This document shows positions 9,210 through 18,228 of a stretch of DNA of 20,756 nt, piece after piece. The notes beneath the pieces are model-generated. The model saw only the letters and a list, made by a program, of their open reading frames with translations. It was not told where the DNA came from and made no database searches. The stretch is taken from the NCBI GenBank assembly GCA_000388065.2, contig KB932205.1; one strand, 5' to 3'. The stretch is from Fonticula alba ATCC 38817 (taxonomy: Eukaryota > Protista > Nucleariida). How positions within the stretch are numbered: position 1 is the first letter of the stretch; the number at the start of each line of letters is the position of its first letter. The position numbers and the translations under genes are program-made.

Positions 9210-10973
9210 ATGCGCAGGGCGCCAGGCACATGGCCGGCCCGGCCGCGCACTGCGCTCTTGTCGCTGCTGCTGCTGCTGACCCTCGCCCTCCTGGGTGCCC
9301 GGTCCTCGCACACGCCCACCATCACTGAGCCGGTCTCCCTCTTCTCGCCGAGGGGCGGCATCATCCAGTCCAACTCTTTTAATCTTCGGCCCATCAAAAA
9401 CCCGGACACCACCGGCACGGCCATGGTGTCCTTCGTTGACGGACCGACAGCCCACCACTTCACCCCGAGGCTCTTTGCCGCCCACTTCGAGGACCTGCGC
9501 ACCGGGCCCCTCCTCGATCTGACATCTACCATCCAGCATTCGACCCCTCTGGCTCCCATCTCCACATCCCATGTTTTCCCCACTCGCACCGTCTCCCCGG
9601 CACTGGTATCCCTCTCGGCGGATCGCCTGACCATCCAGGTGACCACCTCCAGTCGGCTTGCCCTCTTCAGCGGCTCCAAGCCAAACCACTTTCTCGCCGG
9701 CCTGGAAGCCTCCGATGGCCGGATCTTTGTTTTGACCTTCGAAGATGGCCATGCCATGTTGTATGTATCTTCCAATCCGGACCCCTTCGAGATGAATACC
9801 CAACAGGCGTCGCACACCTCGGTCCGAGCCGCGCCGGATCTCACTAGGTTCGTCGTTTGGACCGGCAGCAATTATCTGCGCTTCCTGTCCTTGGACGGCT
9901 CAGCCAGCAATAGCCAATACCCCCAGAGCATTCTTGATGTGGTGGTCACTCGACTCCCGGGACAGGGGCCCTCCCAGTCGACCATCATTTGTCTCATGGG
10001 CGATGGGAGCATCCAAACCGGCTCCGGAACGCCCCCCTCCCTGCCATCGGGCTTCATCCCGACCTTCCTGCGTGCGCCCAACGTCCTCGAGCTCGCCGGC
10101 GACCAGGCGGTGCCGTGGATTGTGGTCGGCAACGAGCAGAAGCTCTATCGGGTGGACATCACCACCGACACATGGACGCCCCTGGTTTTGCCGACCGGCA
10201 TCGGCCCCCTGGCCGATGTGGCCATGTTCTTCCTCCCCCTCACCCCCTCCAATCAGGCCCACCGCTGGGCCCTGTCCATCGGCAATGTGCTGCTCCTGGA
10301 TTTCGTCCAATTCGGATGCTCCACCGACACCACGATCGTGTGCCTGACTTCCAGCGGCCACAGCTCTTGGACCTGTGGCTCGGGATATGTCTATTCGCCC
10401 CTTCGGCTTGATGGGTATCTGTGCGCCGGTTGTCAGTCGGCCCATTATCTGATCTCCTCCACAGGCTCAGGTCCGCGACCGCCCTCCCGCATGTGTCCCC
10501 ATGCCGCCGCGCCTGGTCAGCTAACTCTCCCCGCTCCTCGCGAAATGTGTCCTGCGCTCTGGCCATTGCCCGGACGTGTGTATGTCGGATGGCTCGGGCA
10601 TTCGCATGCGCATTCGCCCGTGTGCCTGCGTATCTTTCCTCGCTCGCACATCCATGTCTGCGCGTATGCACACACGTGTACATACATATGCATACGTGTG
10701 CACACACGTGTACATACATATGCATACGTGTGCACACACGTGTACATACATATGCATACGTGTGCACATATGTACACACATATGTACACACATATGTACA
10801 CACATATGTACACACATATGTACACACATATGTACATACATGTACACATGTATACGCACACGCACACGCACACACACGCACACGCATGTACACACACGCA
10901 CACACACGCACACGCACACGCACACGCACACGCACACGCACACGCACACACATGTACACACGCACACACACGC

Positions 10974-11014
<41 letters not shown>

Positions 11015-14005
11015 CACACAGTCCCCGCCAGCTGCAGCGCATGCACCACCCAACAGTGCAGCGTGTGCAACCAGTCGCGCTGCCTCGCCTGCAACCCGAA
11101 TTACATGCTCAGCCTCTCCGCCGACGAGAACCCCTCCTGCCTGTCTTCCTGTCCGGCTGGCCAGAAAGCCGTCGGAGTCAATACCTGCCTCGCAGATGAC
11201 AATGGCCCACCTATGAACATGCACGCCCATGAACACACCCTGTCCGGCCCGCCTGGCCTGCAGTTTGAGACTGTCGTGCCGTCGGCGATGCTCAGCGTCG
11301 GCGGCGTGCCCTGCCTGCCTGTCAATGGCGGCCCGAGCGACTCCCACCGGGCCTCCTTCTTGCTGCTGCACCCGGATCGCCGGCCGGCCATCGCCCTGGC
11401 CTCTCCGTCTCTCGTGGCGTCCCTGCTGGACGCCTCCTCCACCCTGCTGAATGTCCCCGGCATCGGGTCTCTCGCCGAGCTGGGCCCCTTTCCTCATGCC
11501 ACCCTCGGGACGAGTTTGCACTTTGTCTACTGCACCGCCTCGAACCACCTCCAAGCCGAAAGCGTCACCTGCCCGAAGTCCCCTCAACCGGGCGACACCA
11601 CGTGCCAAGACTTGTCCATCTCCGTCGCCCCCTTCGAGGCTATCCCCTGTGACTCGGTCCGTTCGCTTGGCCCGCGCTTGGTGTCGGTGCTGGGCCGCAG
11701 TGAGCTTTTCCTGGTGGAAATCTCCAACACGCACCAGTGGAATGTCGTGCGGATGCCCTTGCGCACCGATCGCCATCCGTCCTTCATTCCCCCGCCTTCC
11801 GGGGGGCTGCCCACCGCGTGGGTCCTTGCGGCGACCGCGGCCAATACCTTCCTCTGGTCGCTGGAGCTGGCCATGGCCGCCGACTCGCGGCTGCCATACC
11901 ACCACGACTCCCCGCCGGCCGTGGGCCAGCCCTCGGACGACCTCTTCCCCTTCACCCTGGCGACCGGTCGTCAGCAGCAGGGCCTGGCGCTGCTGGCCGG
12001 CATGCCCTCCCCCGGCGTTTGGGCCCTGCACATGCTGCATGAAAGCGTGCACTCCCAGGGTCGCACCATCGACCTCCTGCCGCTGACACAGCAATTCACC
12101 CTTGCCCAGGAAGACCTGTTCCCTTTCACCCAGCACGCGGTCACCCTGACCGGCCTCCCGGACTACCCGGCGGCCATGGTCCTGGTATCCACGCACCTGA
12201 TGGCCGTGGCGCTGCTTCGCTGCCTGGACGCCACGGCCAACTCCTGTGTCTTTGAAGAGCCCCTAATTCAGAGTGTGCAGTCCCCCCTGAATCCGGCACT
12301 CGCATCGGTGGCTCTCCTGGGCCGGCCATCGGGCATGCACACGGCCACCGGCTCCGGGATGGCCCTCCTGCTGACCACCGGCGCCGCGGAAAACCCCCTG
12401 CTGGAGCTGCTCCTCCCCCTGGTGCCGATGCCTCCGCAAGGCTGCCCGCCTGGCCAGTACCTGGATGAGACCGCCTCCCCGGGCCAATGCAAGCCCTGTG
12501 ATCCTCTGTGTGACACCTGCACCGGGCCCGGCCCGGCCGGGTGTACCTCCTGTCGGCTTTACCTTGTCTCGGCGGTCGATCGGTGCCTGGCCAGCTGCCC
12601 GGCCGGCATGGATGACCCCCCTTCCTTCCCGGGGCCTTGCGCCTGCCCGGTCGCCTGCAACCAGTGCCTCTTCCCGGCTGAGGACCTTGTCGAGTGCACC
12701 TGCCACTCGGACCATGCCCGGGCCGCGGGGGCGCCCCTGCATGAGCCCTGTGAGCCGTGTGCGGCCGAGTGCGCGGAATGCTCGCTCCCCGACAATTCGC
12801 AGGCGTGCACCGCGTGCCCGGCCTCAAGGTGGCTACTCAATGGCACTTGCCTGGGCACATGTCCGCCGCACCACTTCCCCAGCAACTCGCAGTGTCTGCG
12901 GTGCGATGCCTCCTGCAAGGAGTGCACCTCGGCCAGCACCTGCACCAGCTGCCCGGAGGGGTACTTCCTGGATGGCAGCAAGTGCCACCGGTGCCATGCC
13001 ACCTGCGCCTCGTGCGTGGACTCGCTCTCTTGCACCGGATGCCCCGACGGGCTGCTGCTGCCATCCGCCGGCCCCGACACCGGCCTCTGTGTGGATGTCT
13101 GCCCGGCCGGCGAGACGGCCAACCCCCAGCAAACCCAGTGTCTGGCGTGCGGCCCTGCCTGCGCCCTGTGCTCGGGCAAGCCCGACATCTGTCTCCTCTG
13201 CCGGGAGGGGTACGCCTGGGACCCGGCCATCACCGGGCCGAAGGGCCAGCGTGTGGGCCAGTGCCTGCCCTGTCCGGAGGGCTGCGCCACGTGCGTGCTG
13301 TCGGCCGACCTGCCGGACCAGTGCCTGTCCTGCCTGCCGGGGTACCTGCTGGCCCCGGGGATGGGCGCCTGCCAGGGGTCCTGCCCGGCCGGGTGGTTCC
13401 CCGAGGTGGACCCGGGCAGCACCGGCGGCGGGCACTGCCAGCCATGCGCCATCGGCTGCGACCAGTGCACCGGGCCGGAGGACGTCCAGTGCACCGTCTG
13501 CGCCCCGGGGCTGGAGCTGCTGCCGGTGGCGCCCGGCGGCCCGGCCACCTGCCAGTCCGACTGCCCGGCCGGGCAGTTCCGCCACCCGGACACCGATGTC
13601 TGCCAGGCGTGCGATGCGGCCTGCTCCGCGTGCAACGGCCCCACCGATCGGGACTGCTGGCTCTGCGCGGCCGGGGCCGTGGTCCAGGATGGCGAGTGCG
13701 TGCAGCGCTGCGCCCCGGGGCATGTGGCCCTCGGGGGCCGGTGCCTGCCCTGCCATCCGTCATGCGCCGAGTGCGCCGGCACCCGGAGCACCGAGTGCAC
13801 CGCCTGCGTGCCGGGCCTGCTGGCTCTGCCGGGGCCGGCCGGGCCGCTGCCCGAGCCCCACCGGTGCCTGGCCGACTGCCCGGCCGGCCATGGCACCACG
13901 CCGGACGGGGCGTCCTGCTCGGCCTGTGAGTCCCGGTGCGTCCGGTGCCCCGGCTCCTTGGAGGGCTCTGCCCTCGGCATCCGGACCCAGGCGGGCGTCG
14001 GCGGC

Positions 14006-14036
<31 letters not shown>

Positions 14037-17000
14037 CCGGGCCCTGCCTGCAGTGCGAGCGTGGCTGGCTCCTGGCCCCGCGGCCGCCGCCCATGGGGCC
14101 GGTGTGCGTGCAGCACTGCGACCCGGGCCAGAGCTCCCTCGGGTCTGCCTGTGTGCCCTGCCATGCGACGTGCGTCACGTGCGATGGGCCGGCCGCCGAT
14201 CGGTGCCTCGCCTGCCAGGCCGGGCATGTCCTGCACGCCGGGGCGTGTGTGGCGGTCTGCCCGGCCGGGGCCTACCCCGAGCCCGGCGACGGCCAGGGCC
14301 CTGACCCCGGCGACCAGTGTGCCCCCTGCCATGCGGAGTGTGCCGAGTGCCTGGGGCCCCGGGCGGACCAGTGCCTTGCCTGCCCGGAAGGCCGGTCCCT
14401 CTTCCAGGGGGCCTGCGTGGCGTCCTGCCCGCCGGGCTCGCATCCGTCGCTCGGGTCCTCCGGCGAGCTGGCCTGCGCGGCCTGCCACCCGACGTGTGCC
14501 ACCTGCCAGGGGCCCGGCCCGGAGCAGTGCACCTCCTGCCCGGCCCCGGGGCTCCTGCTGCTGGCCAGCAACACCTGTGTCGACGCCTGCCCCGGGGGGC
14601 ACTTTGCGTGTGCCGACGGCCGGCGCTGTGGGGCCTGCCAGCCGGAGTGCCGGCAGTGCCAGGCCGCGCCGGCGGGCCACTCGCACCCGGCCGACGGGGG
14701 CTCCTGCGCCAGCATGTGCACGCGCTGCCAGCCGAACTGGGTCCTGGCCATGGACGGCCACTGCATGCCCCACTGCCCGGGTGGGGAGTTCCTGCCGCAG
14801 GGGCCGGCCCTGGCGGAGGACCTGGCCGCCGGCCGGGCCGCCTGCGTCGCCTGCCACCCCGGCTGCCGGACATGCGCCCACCAGGCGGACTGGTGCACCT
14901 CCTGCGTGGCATCCGACCAGTGGCTCCTGCCGGCCTCCGGGGTGTGCCAACCTGGCGGGTGCCCCTCGGCCGGCATGGTGCCGGGGGTGTTTGATCCGGC
15001 CGACGCCGGGGGGCCCTGGCCCGGGCCAGCTCGCGTGTGCCTGGCCTGCGCGCCGGAATGCCGGGTGTGCGGCCCGGAGGCCGGGTCGGAGTCCGGGCCC
15101 GGCGGCGCCGGCCCCCCGGCCGAGACATGCCGCTTCCTCCTGCCGACCGGGGCCCTGGAGTGCTCGGCGGTGGCCGGCTGCCGGAGCTGCCACAGTGGCT
15201 GGCTCCTGGGCCCGGACCCGGGCCTCCCCTGCGTGCAGTCCTGCCCGGATGGGTATTTCGCCGAGGCCGAGGAGGGCGCCTGTGCGGCCTGCGCGTCGGG
15301 CTGCGCCGCGTGCGATGGCCCGGGCCCGGAGGACTGCCTGGACGGGCCGAAGGCCGCGCCGGCTCGCCTGGCGCTGGCCCTGGGCCTGGGCCTGGGCGGG
15401 CTGGTGCTGCTGCTGCTGCTGCTGCTGGTGGTGCTGCTGCTGGTGCGGCGGTATCGGCGGTCGGCGGATGCGGCGGCCCGGCGCAAGGGCGCCGCCGCCG
15501 GCGACCCCGGCCTCGATGCCGACGCCACCGTGCTCAACACCATGGTCGAGCTGTCGCTCCCCGGCAGCATGATGGTCAACCTGGCCGGGGACTTTGCCCC
15601 GCTCAATGAGGGCCCGCTGGGCTCCGGGACCCAGGCCACGGTGTTCGCCGCGCGGGCCGTCGGGGCCGGCATCTCCGACCGGCTGGGCTGCCCGGCCACG
15701 GTGGCCGTCAAGCAGCTCCGGGCCCCGGCCGCCGGTGGCCCGGCCCCGGGCCGCACGCCGGTGGCCCTCTTCCAAAATGAGATCTCCCTGATGTGGCTGC
15801 TGCGCGACTGCGCCAATGTCGTCCGGCTGTATGGGTACAGCGAGCAGCCGCCGGCCATCATCATGGAGCGCTTCCAGACGGACCTGGCCACGTTGCTGCA
15901 CTCGGAGGTTGCCCTGCGGCCGGGCGATGTGCTGGGCATCTGCCAACACTGGGGTGCGTTGTGTGTCCCCCCGCGCGGGGGCCCCTTGTTTTTTCTCTTT
16001 CCTTTTTTTTTTTCCTTTTTTGCCCGTGCTGCCTGTGCAGCCCCGCTCGCCGGCCTCCTCTCACACCCGCCCTGGGCCGCCTACCCTGCCCAGCCACCGG
16101 TCTGGAGGCCATGCACCTGCAGGGCATCGCCCATTGCGACCTGAAGCCCGGCAATGTCTTCGTCAACCAGCAGGCTGACGGGGGCTGGCACGCGGCCCTC
16201 GGCGACTTGGGCACCAGCCGCAACCTGTCCAGCGACCGGTCGTCGGCCCTGACCACCGCCCCGCCGCAGCTGAATGCGCTGACCGCGCGCTACGCCTCGC
16301 CCGAGGTGCGTGCTCCTGGGTCCCTCCCTGTGTTCTGTCTTCCTTGCCTGGGGCCTTCTCTGTGTTCCTTTCCCATGTTGCCTTCCTGTGTTGCCTTCCT
16401 GTGTTGCCTTCCCATGTTGCCTTCCTGTGTTTCCTTCCTGTGTTGCTTTCCTGTGCTCCTTTTCTGTGTTGCTTTCCTGTGCTCCTTTCCTGTGCTCCTT
16501 TTCTGTGTTGCCTTCCTGTGCTCCGCCCTGTGTCCCGTCTTTTCCCCTGTGCTCCGCCCTGTGTCCCGTCTCTCCCCGTGTCCTGCCTTCTCCATCGGGC
16601 CCGCCATTTCCTCCCACCCGCAACTCACCATTTTCCCCTCCGTCTATCTCCCCCCTCTCCCCCTCCGCCGGATTGCAATGGGCACAGGTCCTCCTCGCCT
16701 TCCGCCGCAAGACCCTCCTGGACCGGGAGCTCTTCCTGGCGTCGGACATCTACAGCGCGGCCATCATGCTGTGGGAGTGCCTGGCGCGGGCGGTCCCCTG
16801 GGACGGTGCGACCTGCTTTGGCTTGGATTTTGCGCCTGCTGCATTTGTCTCTTTTTTCCCCCCCCCCCCCCCACCCTCCTCGCGCTCGCGGCCCTGACAC
16901 CCTGTCGTCAATGATTGTCTCTCGCCGTGCGCGGTGGCCCGGCATCCGGGCAGGCTGTGGCTTCGAGCAGATCCTCGAGGCCACCCTGTCCGGCGAGCGG

Positions 17001-17147
17001 CCGGACGTGGCCCAGGCCACCCTGCTGGCGTCTGCGGCCGGGCCCCTGCTGGACATGCTCCCGCTGGCCTGGGATTCGGACCCGCATGCGCGCCCGGTGG
17101 CCGCGGCCTTCCGGCAAAAGTGCTCCATGGCCTTCGTCACCCTGTGA
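9210..17147 (+). CDS. Single-pass receptor Ser/Thr kinase (TKL-like, non-RD) with FU Cys-rich ectodomain; join(9210..10470,11022..15953,16094..16305,16688..16805,16954..17147), ~2238 aa
   Basis: gccgccATG at 9210 then a signal peptide (ALLSLLLLLTLALLGA). Two Cys-poor domains, FU repeats and a TM at 15368-15445. Kinase motifs GSGTQA (15620), VAVK (K 15710), ENEI-like QNEI, HCDLKPGN (16132), DLG (16204), YASPE, SDIYS, GERP. Four GT-AG introns restore the frame; total 6717 nt is divisible by 3. An upstream exon in the gap cannot be excluded. Confidence 0.85.
10471..11021 (+). other. Intron 1 of receptor kinase (551 nt, phase 1)
   Basis: Donor cag|GTCCGC resembles the other donors (GTRCGY). Branch motif GCTAAC 10520-10525; first downstream AG at 11020-11021. 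The spliced product CAGCQSAHYLISSTGSVPASCSAC matches the spacing of the next module CLACNPNYMLSLSADENPSCLSSC. Confidence 0.7.
10659..11020. repeat. 362-nt perfectly alternating purine-pyrimidine tract (32-nt unit x3, 12-nt unit x~6, then (CA)/(CACG)n)
   Basis: 32-nt unit gcacacacgtgtacatacatatgcatacgtgt starts at 10668, 10700 and 10732; then catatgtacaca repeats; then CA/CG microsatellite. I saw no RR or YY step. Confidence 0.92.
14000..14035 (+). repeat. Coding (GGC)3(AGC)9 microsatellite, GGGSSSSSSSSS insert in an FU loop
   Basis: Directly visible, in frame with kinase gene exon 2. Confidence 0.93.
15954..16093 (+). other. Intron 2 of receptor kinase (140 nt, phase 1)
   Basis: Donor GTGCGT, T-rich body, acceptor ccAG. 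The join gives ICQHWATGLEAMHLQGIAHCDLKPGN, normal kinase subdomain VIa/VIb spacing. Confidence 0.85.
16306..16687 (+). other. Intron 3 of receptor kinase (382 nt, phase 0)
   Basis: Donor gag|GTGCGT after YASPE, acceptor acAG. The join gives YASPEVLLAF...SDIYS. Candidate branch CTCAC 16624-16628. Confidence 0.87.
16352..16571. repeat. 13-nt pyrimidine-rich intronic minisatellite (consensus ttgccttcctgtg)
   Basis: About 13 degenerate units at 16352-16520, then two copies of ctgtgctccgccctgtgtcccgtct. Confidence 0.9.
16806..16953 (+). other. Intron 4 of receptor kinase (148 nt, phase 1)
   Basis: Donor GTGCGA, branch CTGAC 16894-16898, acceptor gcAG. The join gives VPWDGCGFEQILEATLSGERP. Confidence 0.85.
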
Positions 17148-17393
17148 CAGGGGCCCGAGGCCGCCCCCCCCCCCCCCATTTCCCCCTCCCGCCCCCTCTC
17201 TGATACAATATTTCACACTCCTTCCCCTTGCTCGAGGCCGGCCCACGCCTCGGGGGCCGCGCTCTTCTTCCCTTTTGTCGCTGGGTTTTCTCGCTCCGCC
17301 TTTCGGCCCCGGCTGGCGGGCGTGCCCTTCCCCCGCCCCGGGCGGGGGCGAAGGAAGCGCCCATATGTGGCGCGCCGCAGCCACCCTCCCTCA

Positions 17394-17467
17394 GTCCGAA
17401 TGATGTAGATGGTTATCATATCTGTCTAACACACAGAATGTCCCAGGTTCGAGTCCTGGTTCGGACA
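17394..17467 (+). tRNA. tRNA-Val(AAC), identical to 7061-7134
   Basis: Same 74-nt sequence and cloverleaf; followed by T6 at 17476-17481. Confidence 0.96.
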
Positions 17468-17475
17468 GTGTTTCC

Positions 17476-17481
17476 TTTTTT
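17476..17481 (+). terminator. Pol III oligo-T terminator (T6)
   Basis: TTTTTT after tRNA-Val (repeated at 17996-18001 in the duplicate). Confidence 0.8.
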
Positions 17482-17546
17482 CGGCGCCCGGCCCCCTCCC
17501 CGCGAGGGCATTTATCCCCTGGCCGGGGCCCCTCCCCCACGGAAGC

Positions 17547-17617
17547 GCGTCGATGGTTTAGTGGTAGAATTGCCGCCTGCCACGCGGTAGACCCGGGTTC
17601 GATTCCCGGTCGACGCA
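17547..17617 (+). tRNA. tRNA-Gly(GCC)
   Basis: Acceptor GCGTCGA/TCGACGC, anticodon arm GCCGC-CTGCCAC-GCGGT, T-arm CCGGG-TTCGATT-CCCGG; 71 nt, typical eukaryotic Gly(GCC). Confidence 0.96.
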
Positions 17618-17624
17618 CGCCGCC

Positions 17625-17684
17625 GCTCGTTTAGCTCAGTGGTAGAGCGCCAGTCTAGTAAACTGGAGGTCGGGTGTTCGATCC
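17625..17684 (+). tRNA. tRNA-Thr(AGT), truncated by assembly gap
   Basis: Identical to the first 60 nt of the complete copy at 18145-18216. Confidence 0.8.
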
Positions 17685-17694
17685 NNNNNNNNNN
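17685..17694. other. Assembly gap (10 N)
   Basis: Run of N separating the two identical 510-bp copies. Confidence 1.
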
Positions 17695-17913
17695 CCCATT
17701 TCCCCCTCCCGCCCCCTCTCTGATACAATATTTCACACTCCTTCCCCTTGCTCGAGGCCGGCCCACGCCTCGGGGGCCGCGCTCTTCTTCCCTTTTGTCG
17801 CTGGGTTTTCTCGCTCCGCCTTTCGGCCCCGGCTGGCGGGCGTGCCCTTCCCCCGCCCCGGGCGGGGGCGAAGGAAGCGCCCATATGTGGCGCGCCGCAG
17901 CCACCCTCCCTCA

Positions 17914-17987
17914 GTCCGAATGATGTAGATGGTTATCATATCTGTCTAACACACAGAATGTCCCAGGTTCGAGTCCTGGTTCGGACA
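17914..17987 (+). tRNA. tRNA-Val(AAC), copy inside the 510-bp duplicate (may be the same genomic locus as 17394)
   Basis: Identical sequence and flanks. Confidence 0.85.
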
Positions 17988-18066
17988 GTGTTTCCTTTTT
18001 TCGGCGCCCGGCCCCCTCCCCGCGAGGGCATTTATCCCCTGGCCGGGGCCCCTCCCCCACGGAAGC

Positions 18067-18137
18067 GCGTCGATGGTTTAGTGGTAGAATTGCCGCCTGC
18101 CACGCGGTAGACCCGGGTTCGATTCCCGGTCGACGCA
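18067..18137 (+). tRNA. tRNA-Gly(GCC), copy inside the 510-bp duplicate
   Basis: Identical to 17547-17617. Confidence 0.88.
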
Positions 18138-18144
18138 CGCCGCC

Positions 18145-18216
18145 GCTCGTTTAGCTCAGTGGTAGAGCGCCAGTCTAGTAAACTGGAGGTCGGGTGTTCG
18201 ATCCACCCAATGAGCA
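18145..18216 (+). tRNA. tRNA-Thr(AGT), complete
   Basis: Acceptor GCTCGTT/AATGAGC, D-arm GCTC-AGTGGTA-GAGC, anticodon arm CCAGT-CTAGTAA-ACTGG, T-arm GGGTG-TTCGATC-CACCC, discriminator A. Confidence 0.96.
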
Positions 18217-18223
18217 CCATTGC

Positions 18224-18228
18224 TTTTT
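18224..18228 (+). terminator. Pol III oligo-T terminator (T5) after the Gly-Thr pair
   Basis: First run of 5 T downstream of the Gly 5' end. Confidence 0.7.

Larger units (their letters stand above)
17175..18204. repeat. Identical 510-bp direct duplication (17175-17684 = 17695-18204) around a 10-N gap; probable assembly overlap
   Basis: Constant 520-nt offset and no differences seen. The first copy stops at the gap inside tRNA-Thr; the second starts right after the gap at the end of a poly-C run. Confidence 0.85.

Noticed and set aside
10516-11031. Alternative intron 1 models (donors 10516 or 10576 to 11021; GTATGT 10580 to 11031)
   Set aside because: All are frame-compatible, but they leave the CTAAC motif in the exon or too near the donor and break the Cys spacing. 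Ranked below 10471-11021; not excluded without RNA data.
10471-11216. His/Thr-rich (HT)n tail of ORF 9210..11216 and Cys/Val-rich antisense ORFs
   Set aside because: Translation of the RY tract, which cannot contain stop codons; the region is best explained as an intron.
16039-16040. Earlier acceptor for kinase intron 2
   Set aside because: Would keep the upstream frame, which stops at 16144 and removes the catalytic loop.
10668-16571. Tandem repeats as CRISPR arrays or transposon ends
   Set aside because: No unique spacers, terminal inverted repeats with target duplications, or transposase/RT motifs; eukaryotic intronic satellites.
7061-18216. tRNA set matched to the codon demand of neighbouring FU proteins
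   Set aside because: The dominant residues are Cys, Ala, Gly and Pro; no Cys, Ala or Pro tRNA is present, and tRNAs act in trans.
17547-18219. Bacterial origin of the Gly-Thr pair (similar to E. coli glyT-thrT, with CCA)
   Set aside because: Anticodons differ, Thr(AGT) with A34 is eukaryotic, Gly lacks CCA, and Pol III T-run terminators are present.
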